From assembly GCF_037042905.1 (NCBI RefSeq), contig NC_087251.1, positions 44,456,001 to 44,520,000 on the forward strand: a stretch of DNA of 64,000 nucleotides, read 5' to 3'. The DNA is from Lytechinus pictus. Its lineage: Eukaryota. The notes under the pieces were generated by a model. That model had not been told where the DNA came from. It worked only from the letters and a program-made list of their open reading frames with translations, and made no database searches. A program made the position numbers and the translations under genes. Below, piece by piece: positions 50,760-64,000 of this stretch (position 1 is the first letter of the stretch; each line of letters begins with the position of its first letter).

Positions 50760-51282
50760 AGATGTTAACTTGTCTAACCAGACAAGCTAATGATCTCTTT
50801 ATTCCAAATTTGAAATGCACATTTTCACGAAACACTATTCAATATATATGTCGGACCCAAACTTTGGAATTCTTTATCAAATGAACTCAAACATTTCCCC
50901 ACACTCCACACTCCTTCAAACATAGATATAAAATTTCCCTTCTTACTCCTTAAGGTAGTTTTATATTTGCCCCTCCCTCCCCTTCATTCGTCTTTTACTG
51001 TCTTTTACTTTATCTGGGGTTTTGAGGTCAAGTATCTCTTCTCATATGTAATTTATGTATTCCATTTTTAATCCATTTTTCTTTTCATTGGGGATTGACC
51101 TTGACAGATCAATATGGCCTTTGTCAATCCCCTTCACATTTTGATTTTCTACGTCTTTTTTTATGTACGCCATATTATAACTAGTTTGTATTGTAATTAT
51201 CTAGGATGTATTTGATTGTAGGCCTACTGATATTGTATGTTTTTTACTCAATATGTGGAAAATGAATTGAATTGAGTTGAAT
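50760..51282 (+). mobile_element. LINE 3' fragment
   Basis: TRQANDLFIP..TFSRNTIQY..P.LWNSL (frameshifted), (AATTG)n tail. Confidence 0.6.
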
Positions 51283-53544
51283 GTGTTCTTAGGAAAGATG
51301 GAAAATTCTAAGGAAAGATGGAAACCTCATATGTTGTAAAATCAGAGAGCAATATTTATTTTTTGTGTAAGAGATGGGAAACATGGTTGCTTGCTTTCCA
51401 TTTTGTCCAAGGGTGACATGGCCTTTAAGAGAGTATAGAAATGTTTCTCCTTCATCACAATTTTTATGAAAACCATACCAAAGAAACCATGTTTAATTTG
51501 CAACTTCATGGGGTTTTTTTCTCTCTAGTTGCACAGCACTTGGCAAGTTTACTGATATGGTTTGAGATCCTATGGAAATCAGGGAAACCAAAAACGGAAA
51601 AAAATGATTTTGTTTGATCATTTAGTTGTTTATTTCTTTTCCACCAACTTGTGGAATTGCCCAAATACTTCATTTTTGCCTCTCCTGCATAGTTGAAGTA
51701 GATAGAGGAGTTGCTTTTCCTCCAGCGGCAGCATTTTTAAAGTTATTAAAAGAATTGTAAGTTAGTGTTTAGAATGAATAGGAAGGTGCATGTATTTTTT
51801 AATAATTATAAATGTTCAAATTATGGCATGTTCAACCCTAAAATCTCCGATGTGAAATGTTTGCATGTTTCATTTCATGACTTTTTTCTTTCAAGTCTAA
51901 AGCAATTTTTTAGACCAAATTTGCGATGCCCTGGTTCATGGCCTTGGCATATTTGTTAATAATATTTGTGATTAAATTAAGACAATTCTTTATTTTCTTT
52001 TCTGGGACAAGCTGTATGAGGGTTTATTATGTGCAATGTATTATAATGTTTTGTTCATAAATGAAGGTAGTACTCCTATTTTATGCAGCAGACCAAAACC
52101 TTGCGTCTACGTGTAACTGTGTACCAGCCTAATATTTGTTTGGACATGGTACAGTATCATGTTAGCTTGAGGTTAGCTTGAGGTTTTGGAATAGCACCCT
52201 CTTTTGATAAGTTTTGTATCAATGTACATCTGGGCCCCATCTTGCAAAGAGCTGTGATTGATCCGATCAACCACAACTATGGAAAGCCAGCACTGCCAAC
52301 ATCTAAAAAGCATGTTTGTTCAGAATGTTGTCTATAGATATGATGTACATGTATAGGCCCTAATCATACATTCATCATTTCTTTGAGAATTCAGTGTGCT
52401 TCTCAGCCCCCCCCCCCACTTTTTTCCAAAACCGTGTACAAAAACGTAAAAATGGCTATATGATTGTGATTTTTTGCATGGTCAGCCCCCCCCCCACTTT
52501 GAAAACCGTTCCGCAGCCCCTGTCCTACATGTACATGTACACCTGTACATGTAGGGTAGCTCCATGTAGAGTAAAGTATGTGGTTGTGTTGAAATTAATT
52601 AATTTCTTACACTTTTCATTTCACTTCTCTTATAATGGATTTTAAGTTAGAAGAAAGAACCACATGGGTGTGATTTATTCTTTAAAAACAAAATGAAAAG
52701 ATCTTTCATCCTGCATGCACAGAATATGTACATGGAGACAAATCAGCACAAAGTGATATTTGCACTTGGTAGGGATTATATAGAGTGTACTATACACATG
52801 TACTGTACATGTAACCAGACCTTCATTTTTGAGGAGCGCGATCGCGCCGACGCTCCTACAGCGCTCCAAAAAAAAAACAAGGAGAACAAAATACTGCGCT
52901 CCTTATTAAAAAAAAAAAAAAAACTTCACCAAAAGTTGCTGAAATTTCATATTTTACATCTTCATATTCATGAAATAGGCATCTATTTTCCATAATTCCT
53001 TGAAATCATTTTGATTTAGTTGGACGCTACCAAAAGTTTTTCTTATATTTTCTGCTATCTTTACAATAAACTTCTCATCAGAGTAAAGTTCCCTTTTAAA
53101 AGTTTAAAAATCAATGTTTTAATTGGGTCAGGAATCATAATTCCTGATCAATATGGATCCTTAGCTTTAAAGAAAATGGTATATACATGAAATGTAAATT
53201 TTATTATTGTTATTATTAATATTGATTGAAATTAGTTCTGTATTAGATTTGGCAGATTAAGATATTTTGATACTCCAGTTTATTTATAATGTAGTTGGTG
53301 AGTTGTGCTCAAAAGTTAGTGAACCCCACTACAAAATGCTCTCCTTAATGCTGAGTGTTGAATGTCGATAACAACACTATGATGTTTGGTGAGCCCTGAG
53401 AAACAAACTTTATTGAATGCAATATTTTGCATCACCTGACTTCACAATTAGATCTAAAACATGGCAAAACTTGAACACTTTAAATATGTTCATTCTCTGG
53501 TGGGGTTCACTAATTTTTGAGCACCACTGTACTTGTACAGTACG

Positions 53545-54357
53545 CAGGGCGTGACAAACCCGCTTGCCCTGGGGCAAGCATTTCTCAAAGTCAATTGCCC
53601 GATCGGACAACTTCAAAGTGGTTGCTTTGAAAAAAATTTAAAAAATAAAATGACAGTAAATTTCAATAACTTTTGGGTAAATCACAATTATTGGCCAATA
53701 ATCTCTCATACAATGACAAACCAGTCAAAAAACAGTGGAAACATGTAAAATCAGCGCCAATATACCGACAACTTATCGCCAGGTAACTCGTTCGAAGAAC
53801 GGCTATGGGGGCTGCCATCTTAGCTCTAAAATACACGGTGCGCATGCGCTACTTTCCTGCGCAATTTGCCAATGACAAAGGCAGGCTGGGGAAACCCATT
53901 ATTTCACCATGTGCGCATGCTCCATACATAGGCACTACACAATGAGTGAGCCAACTGATTCTCGAGCTCGCTGCAAACTTCAGAATTTGTGACTTGATTG
54001 GCCTCATTCGCGATCATTCCCAAACGAGTAAATAAAGAGTCCTCAGAATAAAATCGGCAATTTTTGTCATCACGATCGGCAGTGACTTAGTTTTATTGCT
54101 CCAAAGGTAGTGTGAGTGAAGCTACTAGCGAAACTGAGTAAAAATTAGCAGATCCATGTCTAGTATGATGGCAATAAGAACTGTCTGTCATGACTTTGCT
54201 GAAGTTATACACCTATGTGTGTTTACTGCATGATTTTCATTTGTTGTTATTTCTCTTGACCTTTAAGATTAAGTGTTGATTTAGTACCATCATAAAAGAA
54301 TAATTAAGAGCAAAAGAATTATAAAAAAATCTGGGCAAGCAAATTTTTTTCTGCCTG
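53545..54357. mobile_element. CAGG..CCTG element with 7-bp TSD CAGTACG
   Basis: Exact TSD, imperfect TIR, GGGCAAG subterminal repeats as in 12425-12846. Confidence 0.75.
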
Positions 54358-57300
54358 CAGTACGTCTTTACCAGACTTTTCCCTCTTGATTTCAGGCCCT
54401 TACACCTTCCAATTTTATATCACTTCAGGCTTTATACAGCGTGTCCCACAAAAAATATTAATGGCACTTTAAATAAGTATATTGTATCTGATTTTGTAAT
54501 CCTAAACTGGCATTTGTTTTGTACAACGGGCTTAAATTTTATGCGCTATGGTCCATTGAACACAGAGATATGAGCCCTCTTTCAGCACTCGTCAGAAAAT
54601 CTCTCGATCCAAGTTTTGTTATTACGTTGAATCAAGTGCTTAGTCCAGTTACGTCTTCATTCACTCTTATTTTATTTTATTTTTTTAGATTTTGGACCCA
54701 CAACTTGTGGGCCCATTCTTTAATTTAAAAGAAAATGAAGGTTTAAGAAACTTCCCGGTATACTAAAAATATAAATATTCTAAACATTAATCTACAGGCA
54801 CAAGGAAATGAATCACAACGTTTTTATTTTAATCCATGATCTCACTTTGAAAAGTCCTGTATTTTTTTCCATGCATAATCTTCAGTTTGTAGGGATGAAA
54901 TTGTAGGTCTTTATGTGCAATTCTATTTGTTTGAGCATATCTTAGAACCACGAAGTCTCGGGGTGAACTGTCACCCTATACCATAATTGATTATCATGAA
55001 TGATTGAGAATTGCAGTGTTCTTTTAAACCAAGATGCAATCAAAGTGTTGGTATGTTGTTATGGGATGTTTCCTGGTGAAGATGATGGCCTACACTGGTC
55101 AGAACCTGTTTCAACAAATGCATCTCTGTATTGTTCGTCCTGTATGCAAGAATTTCTGCTCGTCAGATGAATGAATAGTTCATCTTCATGTCCTGAAGAA
55201 AATCCTTGCTGATTTACATGTACTGTACGTCTGTGGCTGAACAGATCTTGTTAGCTAAAACTGCACATACTCTTATTACAAAATTTGGATGGAGAGGTTT
55301 CCTGATGTGTAATAAAAAAATGCTTATATAGTTTTGTGATTATTTAGACCGTATCACATAAAGTTTCATCCACTTGTAGTTCCAATTGTAGTTTACGGGT
55401 GTGAAGGTATAAACCGTATAATGTTGTAGTTTTCATGTTATATTATACCCATCTAAATGTCGCATCTGCACCCGACCATAGCGTCATGGAACTTTTGTTC
55501 TGTTGCTGTGTACCCGCGATGATGATGATGGTGCCATTCACATTTTTTGTGGGACACGCTGTATTGCACAACTGGTATGGGTCATTAATGTGTTCTACAT
55601 GTAGCTTCTTTTCAGGGTTAGTCAGCAAAGTTGACTGAAAATCCTTGTACTTTATTTTAGTTTGGAATTGTTTCTTACTTCACAGTCTTAATTCTGTACA
55701 TGATCTTCAATAAATCGTAAGGGGTACTTCCTGCTGAAAACAAAATCTGCTGAAAACAAAATTTTACAAAATTTTGTAAAATTCATTGTGCAAGAAAATT
55801 TCATCAACATCTGAAAACAAATTTATGAATTTTAAAGTTTAGCATTATAAGCACAATAAATATTCATTAGGTGGGTTGATGATGTCATGTCCCACTTTCC
55901 CTTTAAAAAAAAGTTAAATTATATGAAATCATAATTATTTCATATTCTTAAATTGTATGATATATCTTTCTTATTTGACAAAATCATTTGTAGCAATGAA
56001 TATGTGTATCTATAGTCCAAATATTTAGTTTTCAGAGATGAGTGGGTAAAATTTGTACATACTTCATATGATAAAGTACTGTACAAAAGGATAAGTGGAG
56101 ATATGACTGCCGATGATGGTGGTCACCGGTGCAAATTTGTCCATACCATTGCTCTGCTAAAATAATGAAATACGTAAATTTTAAGACATTTAGTGTCGCC
56201 AAAGACTGAGAATTATCAACCAAGTTTTATAGGCCTATAGATGTTTCCTTACTTCTAGGTCTATAAAAGTTGTCACATGATACTTATAAGCCTTGGTCAA
56301 CTAAGTACATGTATAGTACCTGTAATGAAAATAAAAATATGAAGTAGGATTTCTCCATTTACTTGTCTCGATTTATTATCCCGAAACATTATATCCTGAT
56401 GCGTGTACGCAACCATATTGTTCTGTTTGCGACCAACTGGTAAACAGAGTGAGTCATTTATAACTTTTTGGGGTTCTGTTCAAATGACCACTGTACATTA
56501 AAATTCTTTCAAGGAAATATGGACACATTGTAAAGTTGCAAAATGTTAAATTCTTTAATATCAACTTTTAGGGAAGTTTCCCTCCCCTCCCCCCCCCCTT
56601 GCTGGTGAACTGATGATATCAATAACATATTAACAATATAAATATAAATTATACTAAAACTATATACTGTAAGCATGTTTTGATGGGGATAAAAGGGGGG
56701 ATAGTGACACAAAAAGGAAGAAATTTTAATTTTAAACACTTTGTCTTTCCTGAATGTTCATATTGCACATGTCGGAACATACATGTCTCATGAACAGAGG
56801 AAATAATGTAGGTATCATTGTCAGTAATTAGATACTGCCTCATGTACCGTAACTTCCCCATTTAATGCTCACTGTAGAAATCAGTGAATTTGAATCACCA
56901 AGTAAAACACAACGTGACCATGAAGGAATATCTTGTTGAATATTATTACATGCAGTTTTCAATATTAAATTAATTTTAATAGATACTGTACAGTGTACAT
57001 GTAATATACATGTACATGTTTTTTTTCTCACCTTTTCAAAGAGAAAAGTCACTCCTTTGAGAGCGGGGGGGGGGGGGTACATGTATCACTGATTCACTTG
57101 TATGTAAAAGTAATCTATCTTGATATATCAGTAACTTGTAAAAATGAAGAAAAAAAAGTAGTTTAAATGAGAGGAAATGGGAAGAAAATAATTAAAACCA
57201 GGGCATTTAGAAGTTTGATTATGAAATGTGTGCTGTAATGCAAAATCTGATGGATTCATGAACTGATCTTAGATTTAGATGAGTACTACTCTATGAAATT

Positions 57301-58401
57301 GTAATATATTCTGGTTCAAGTTTGTAAATATGAATTACATGTATTGATGCAAGGGAGAGATTCTTTATTCATATAGAATTTAGAAATACATTTATATCTA
57401 GGTTTTATTTCATGCAGTGAATTACAAAGTACACTCATGTTTTCTCTAGATCTGCTTTCCATAATATGCTTTAAATGTAATTTGAATTGATAAAACACAA
57501 TTTCCATTAAAGAGTATACCCCCACCCTCCAAAATGCAATCAATCTGGATTTGAGGATTATTTGTTCAGTACCAGCATTTTTAAACACTGAATGAACAGT
57601 CAAAGTTCAAGTTTTAGCTTTATGAGCAGAAGTGAGAGAAGATTTAAAAACAATATTAGTTCTCGCCGCCTACCACACTGCAAATTTATACAGAACAGGC
57701 AAGTGCCTGGGAGTAGGTTAGCCCAATTTGATGATCTTTAATTGCATTATGAGGATCACTGAATTATTTACTTGTTGGAAATTAATCAACTGAAATGTAT
57801 TATTTCAAAGTATCAACCTAAATCTGTGGAATACATTTTGTAGGTCACTATACATGTATATTAATGACTTTACTTTTTCTCGGCTCTCACTTTCATTTCA
57901 TATGACTGCTTGTTTTCATGTGTTCCGGTGCGGAAACAAACGTCCAATCACTATAATATAGAATCATCACCCTTGAAATTGGCACCAGTCCAATGGATAC
58001 AGTTGAGGCTATACCCAATCATTACGTCAGACGGTCAGGTTCAGACAGGCACAGAGAGAGAGAGAAAGAGAGAGACCCGCTCGTCTCTGAAATATTGAAC
58101 TTTGTTATTTAAAGTCTGGGCATGTACATTCATGTACGGTACACATGTGTATAAAAAGCCGGTGGATGGTGGGAAAATGAACATAAGCCCACTGCTGCAT
58201 CCATGTTCTGCATCAGACTTGTCTGATCTCATGTTGGTTGCTGCTTGCACCTTTCATTGAGAAAAGAACATCAATCTTGTGAAAATTTCCTTGCTTTTCT
58301 GCTGAAGGCACAGGGAAGAGAATCAAAGAGGCGTTGGTGATTGTATTGTTGAATTGTGTCTGTTATTGACGGGTGTGATTCGTCTTCATATTTGATACGC
58401 C

Positions 58402-58446
58402 ATGACTCGTGGTATGTGGCTCCGACGTTCCTCAAGCAGAAGCAGG
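58402..58446 (+). CDS. Candidate alternative first coding exon of the plus-strand gene
   Basis: gccATG MTRGMWLRRSSSRSR|gtatgt, phase 0, in frame with exon 63181 (KRRKMADD). Confidence 0.4.
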
Positions 58447-58593
58447 GTATGTGAAGAATGATGTACATTTCTAGAATATACATGATGTAGTACAAGGTTT
58501 TGTTGTAGTTTACTGTCATTTTCACATGAAAAAAGGAAATAATAATTGATCTATCATGAATAAAATATTCGCTATTGTACATGTATTTCACAT

Positions 58594-59036
58594 CTTTTTA
58601 TACGCCCTTCCTAGACAAGACTTATGGTATCACGCTTGGTATCCATTCGTCTGTCTGTCTGTCCGTCCATTAACTTTTCCTTGTAAACACGATAACGTCA
58701 GTTTATCTTAACCAGGCTCATATAATTTGGTGTGTATGATACTAGCATGGATCCCAGGAAGCCTAACGATTTTGAGGTCCAAAGGTCAAGGTCACAGTGA
58801 CATGTTTTCATCTTACCCTCCTGAAGTCCTTGTAAACATGATAACTTTAGTTTAACTTAACCTAGGCTCATATAATTCGGTTTGTATGATACTAGCATGG
58901 ATCCCAGGAAGTCTATTGATTTTGAGGACAAAAGGTCAAAGGTCAAGTCGCTACCTTCCACTTTTCTTGTTTGACCAATAACTCCACTTTCCACGTTACA
59001 GGCGGGCGTATTATGTGCTCGCCCTAGCGACACTCT
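58594..59036 (+). mobile_element. Helentron-derived non-autonomous element (DINE-1/HINE-like)
   Basis: 5' TTTTTATACGCCC, (GTCY)n microsatellite, ~140-bp internal tandem with GGTCAAAGGTCA motifs, 3' GGGCGTAT sub-TIR plus hairpin, T-rich flanks. Confidence 0.8.
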
Positions 59037-60444
59037 TTAATTTGTAAATTGATTACCGGTATCCATCCTATATCTATAGGCTATTAATTTTGGGGGATTT
59101 GTTTACATTGACGAGTGATCATAAACATTTCATTGAAAACCAATGAAGTTTGTTGTTTACATGTACATGTTTTATTTGTTGTTTTTGGATGGCATTCCTA
59201 CAAAGCTTGGCTTATTCAGACGAAGTTCGAGAATACTATTAAAGTATTCTATGATTTGAAAATTTGCCATGATCTACACCTTACCCTGATCAGACAGTAC
59301 CATGTATTTTAATATGCCTATATGTGAAAGCAAAATGCTTGTAATATTCTGTAAGAAAATACCCGATAAGTAGTCAGTACTTTCCAAAATGACAATGACA
59401 TTCGCAGAGATTTTCTGATGACGGGTATTTTGGCAGTGTGAAAGCAAATTACAGGAACTTTCTCAACCTAGCAAGCAGTTGAGTGCGAGTGCCGTGGCCT
59501 CGTCTGATAATCAGACTATACCACGCATGTTCATAACTCTAAAAGGATGTGCTTCAGGTCGGTATGATTGCGGAAAATAATTATTGGGTATTTAAAGGTC
59601 TGAACAAGTTCTTGTAATTTAACAGGTAGGCCTACACTGTACTCTGGTGATCGAGTCAGTCTGGATACACAAATACACTAAAACACATACATGTACACCT
59701 CATAGACAACATGGAATGTACAAGAGTGTGCGTATTATGATATTTTCATTGTTAATCCAATCCATTGATCCAATCAATTTGCACATTTTCCTTGCTGTTT
59801 AAAGTCATGCTACATTGTATATCATCTTCCATCAGCCCTACGACATGAGAAAATAGACTTCCTTTCAATCAATGATCTTTTGAAAATGAAATGACTTCAG
59901 AAGATTTTTTTTTCTAGATTCATGTAGCTGTGTGATCTTTTGATTTTTTGTTTCTTTACATGTATCTCATCTGAATTTATTCTTTCAGGGGGTGGGACTA
60001 CCATGGGAGCATTATTACCCCCCAGACTTTTGGGGGATTTTTTCAAATTTTGCACAAATTCGCACGTGATACACAATTAAAAAAAAAGAAATGTCATGTA
60101 CGTGCACATTGAGTGTAAGAATTATTATTATTTTGCAAAGGCTGCTTAGAAGTTATTACTTTCAGAGATTTCAATGCGCTGTGACCTGGTGGAAATGTTA
60201 TTTTGTGATAAAGCCTACAAGTACCGTACATGTTTTGTACAGTAATATAATGTCTTCTACCATACTGTATTACAAGGTCTACTCTTAATGTACATGTACA
60301 CGTCTTGGGGAATGTGTTTTAACAGATACTCAGTCTGATCGTGCAGATTTATGAAATAATGGGTACATGTGGAAATGTAAATAAAACCTTCACACATGTA
60401 CATTGTATGTTTAGAGGAGTGTGATAATGTACCTTTGGTCTCTG

Positions 60445-60727
60445 ATACCCTCTTCACACTGGCCACAAACACTGCTACAGTACCGGGACTGTTTCGAGAC
60501 TGTAGCGGTGTTGCCTTCCGAGTGAATTCTCGGACCCACAATAAACTATCCGGGTTTACCCGCCTAGCAATTACTCTGCAACAAACTATTGCTAGGCAAG
60601 CCATAGTAATAGCTGCGGGACAGCACCGCGACTGTTTGTAGCGGTGTTTCTTCAGTGTGAAGGCAACACGGTGTTGCAGTCCCGTGACAGTACCGGGATA
60701 AACTTGAAAACCAGTGTGAGAGGGGTA
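60445..60727. mobile_element. Harbinger-like MITE
   Basis: TACCC.CT.CACACTGG ... CCAGTGTGAGAGGGGTA. Confidence 0.8.
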
Positions 60728-62247
60728 TTAGTTCACGATAACACATTTCAAGAATGCTTATAAAAATAGCCATTTATGTCTCGTCTTTTTTAATGTGATT
60801 TTGTGGTGGTCAGGAAATCCTGCTACCATAAAAAATGGGAGGATTAATGACCCATCTTAAATAAAAATTATTTTGGAATTGAAAATAAACTGTTGCAGCC
60901 CTAGATTTATGAATGGCTTATGTAAATATGATCTGCACACAAAGGGTATTTTTGGAAGCATGTGATTTATCACGTACACTTGAAAACAGTAATGCACACA
61001 CATTAGCCATTCCATGTACATGTATTATTAAACTAGTCACCCAAAGCTTCAAATTTCAAGTTTTTCTTCAGTGGGCACATGTGTATGGGTACATGTTCAA
61101 TACTCATATGCAATGTCATACAATTAGAACAGACACTATAAGCACAACAAGCACAACATTGAAAATTTCATCAAAATCAGATGTTTAACAAAAAGTTAAA
61201 GTTTCACTTTATTAAATAATTTCCTAAAACAGTTAAATGCACATCCTGGTCAGTATGCAAATTAGCTATCCGATGACATCACCCACTCTTTTTGTATTTT
61301 ATTATATGATATATGAAATATTGAATTTTCTCATCGTTCCAAATCAACATTTTCCAGGGGTGGACTTGACCTTCAAGGGCTTCAAGCCCACATCTGGCAG
61401 TCTACTGTAGGACTGTACATGCTGTATAGGTTACTTATCTTTTTATCAGAGTGATATTTGTTTTAAACATTATGAACACATCATATTCTGTTGACCTTGA
61501 CGTTTGCATGTAGTTAGTGCTAGGGTATGTACCTGAGTACATGTAAATACACAAGATGTTTGCATAAAGGTCTGTTTGTTCTTGATGCAATGGATAAAGC
61601 ACTTAAAGGGACCATAAAGGGGCAAATTATGGGGACTAGTAGGATCGAAAGTCGGACTGTCCTAATTCGACGGAACCCAAGATCGTCATTTATTTCAGGT
61701 TTTTGAAGTTTTCAGTCACCATTTAGTTCTAGACAGTAATACCAGGTCTCATTATTTTTTACTGAAACTAGCACCCTGCATCTTGAATTTATGTTCAAAG
61801 TTACTTCTGGTTATCATTCTATTCTGATTTCCCTCACTTTTTTCTCCCAAGCATACAGGCGTCGATCACATAACGCTCTCTAAGCCTGGTCTGCTAGTGT
61901 CACTCAAAACGCTGTAGGCCTGGTCTGCTCGTGTTGCTCGTAATTTTTTTCCAAATGATATTAAAGCTGATTTATTGGTTTCTCATCGCGCAAACTTTGA
62001 AAGTAATAAACTGTGATACTCCAATGGCATGATTATTCTTGTGGGGAAACCAAGTGGAGCAAGTTCTGAAATATGCCTACTTTCACTATTGACTCGTCCG
62101 TTTATGCCTATTCAGTTTAAAGGGATGCCAAACCTGGGCGTCAAGTTGGTTTTATTTAAAGGAGATAAAATGAGAGAAAAATTCATCAAAGGATATATTA
62201 TAAACACAGTATGATTTTTGTGGTGTTTGATGTCATTCATACGTGAA

Positions 62248-62702
62248 GACCCTGTTCTCATCTACTTTCTTAAATCGGTTTAGTGGAAACCAGTTTAATG
62301 TGTAATGGGCATACTTGAAGCAGTCTTTGAGCTATCAACATGTAGTGGTCTTCCAAACAAGTTTCGAACTCCACCTCTTATACTTTGTGAGACTGCTCTG
62401 CCTCGTTAAACTGGTTTAAGAGAAGGTGAGGACACAGCTTGTCTTCGGGAAGCGATCTTCGCCCGTAACTAGCGTAGTGTGCGCATGTTCGGTTTGCATT
62501 TTTTATATATCTATGTCTATGCCAACCCTACACTTTCAAATTTTGTGCGAAATGTGTGACCCCTGAGAGCGTTCCCATAGCAACAGGATCACTTGACATG
62601 ATGTATTGGGGTATCCAGTTCAGGAGATGGTTATGAGAACCCTCATGAAGCTGTTTTCTAATCTGGTTTTGGAAAACCAGTTCAGCAGATGAGAACAGGG
62701 TC
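62248..62702. mobile_element. MITE
   Basis: GACCCTGTTCTCATCT inverted at both ends; AAACCAGTT subterminal repeats. Confidence 0.82.
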
Positions 62703-63180
62703 ATAGTTTTGTTGCTAAGGTGACAGGCCTATTTAAGGATCATACACAAGATGTGTAATTATCAAATGCTGCACTTTTACTATAAAGTATATATGCACAT
62801 TTGCTCATGGCTTGCACAAAAAGGTGCATGATCACATGACCATTGATTGACCAATGATAATCTTGTGGACAGCGCTAAAAGACTCCTTTTACATCCAATT
62901 TTTTGTGAAAAATTGTTCAATTTTTTTTAATTGGCCTCATCACATTCACAATAGGCGTATGTATAATGACTCATTACGTTTGATATCTGAGATGACTGCA
63001 AAAAACCTAATATGAATATATGGTTGCCTGTAAAATCCTTCATCTGAATGCATTGTAATAATCTACAACATTATATTGCATTTATTTTTATTCCATTATT
63101 GCATCCATTGAGAAACTAGAGCCTAGCTTTTGTGTTTATCATTTTGATTAATATAGTTTTATGTTTTCATTTTATTGCAG

Positions 63181-63237
63181 AAGAGGAGGAAGATGGCTGA
63201 TGATCAAGAAGCTAGTACGAGTAGTGCTCCTCCCAAG
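63181..63237 (+). CDS. Coding exon of unidentified plus-strand gene (continues beyond window)
   Basis: ttttattgcag|AAGAGGAGGAAG ATG GCT (good Kozak, ATG at 63193) MADDQEASTSSAPPK|gtacag. Confidence 0.65.
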
Positions 63238-63450
63238 GTACAGTATTAAATAACGATGTTTTAAGAAAGTTGTCAGTTCTGACTCGTCGACAAATAATGA
63301 TGGGACACTTTTTTAACATGATGATTTGTACTGATATTGTTGAACTATCATGACTACAGGAGAAGATATGTAAATTAAAGTGAAAATGAAAAAAAAATCT
63401 GTTGAAATCAGTAGGTCAGCTGTCATTTTACAGACTGTCTTTAAAAAACA

Positions 63451-63719
63451 GGGTCCCGTCGTACAAAGAGTTACGATTGATCCAATTAATCGTAACTATG
63501 GAAATCCATCAGTGTCAGAATTTTTTCTACAGGAAATGTGCAAAATGTCCTTTGTAAACAAAGGAGAACACACCAAACTGTCAAGAAATCAATGAATTTA
63601 TGGATGTACATTCATATCTAGAAATTTTTTAGCAAACATGCATTGTATATGTTGACTTTGCTGGCTGACCATAGTTGCGATTGATCGGATCAATCGCAAC
63701 TCTTTGTAAGATGGGCCCC
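63451..63719. mobile_element. Harbinger-like MITE (family of 21901-22157)
   Basis: TIRs and CAG flanks. Confidence 0.85.
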
Positions 63720-64000
63720 AGATCTACATACATGTAAAAAAAGTACATGTTTCAGGAGAGAAGATAAGTGCAGTATAAGAGCCAATTAGAGAGACCTTTT
63801 CTTCTCCCATCATGAGTCTCTGATGTTCATCTACATGGAGGGAGCATTTCATGAAGAGTTGTGTCAGTGATTTTTCACTGACCAAGTTGCTCTCAGCCAA
63901 TCGGATGCAAGGGTTTCCAGTAGCTTATAACAATTGTCAGTGAATTTTGCTTCATGAAACTCTCCCCTGGTTTGATGTGAACTCCAATTAGTCTGCCTGG

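Overview
AT-rich, repeat-dense animal genomic DNA. The SINE/MITE repertoire suggests a marine deuterostome, probably a sea urchin (inference). The main feature is the anaphase-promoting complex subunit 1 gene (ANAPC1/APC1) on the minus strand. I traced 37 GT-AG coding exons by hand from 43011 down to 459; all are phase-consistent and total 4641 nt (about 1547 aa), and the gene continues beyond base 1. A CpG-richer segment near 47.8 kb looks like a divergent promoter. It may feed three extra in-frame upstream ANAPC1 exons on the minus strand and an unidentified plus-strand gene whose coding exon lies at 63181-63237. Introns hold many non-autonomous DNA transposons (Kolobok-, piggyBac-, Tc1/mariner-, Harbinger-like, CAG..CTG elements with 7-bp TSDs, one Helentron-type element), tRNA-derived SINEs and LINE 3' fragments. 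Most unusual: (i) five ANAPC1 exons or splice sites sit at the edge of local tandem duplications of themselves, giving pseudoexons and decoy splice sites; (ii) a ~5 kb mosaic in intron 36 combines Academ-like transposon pieces, CR1 and DIRS RT pieces, and a 152-bp tandem array built from a Cys-rich transposon coding segment. Homology calls come from recalled motifs, not database searches.
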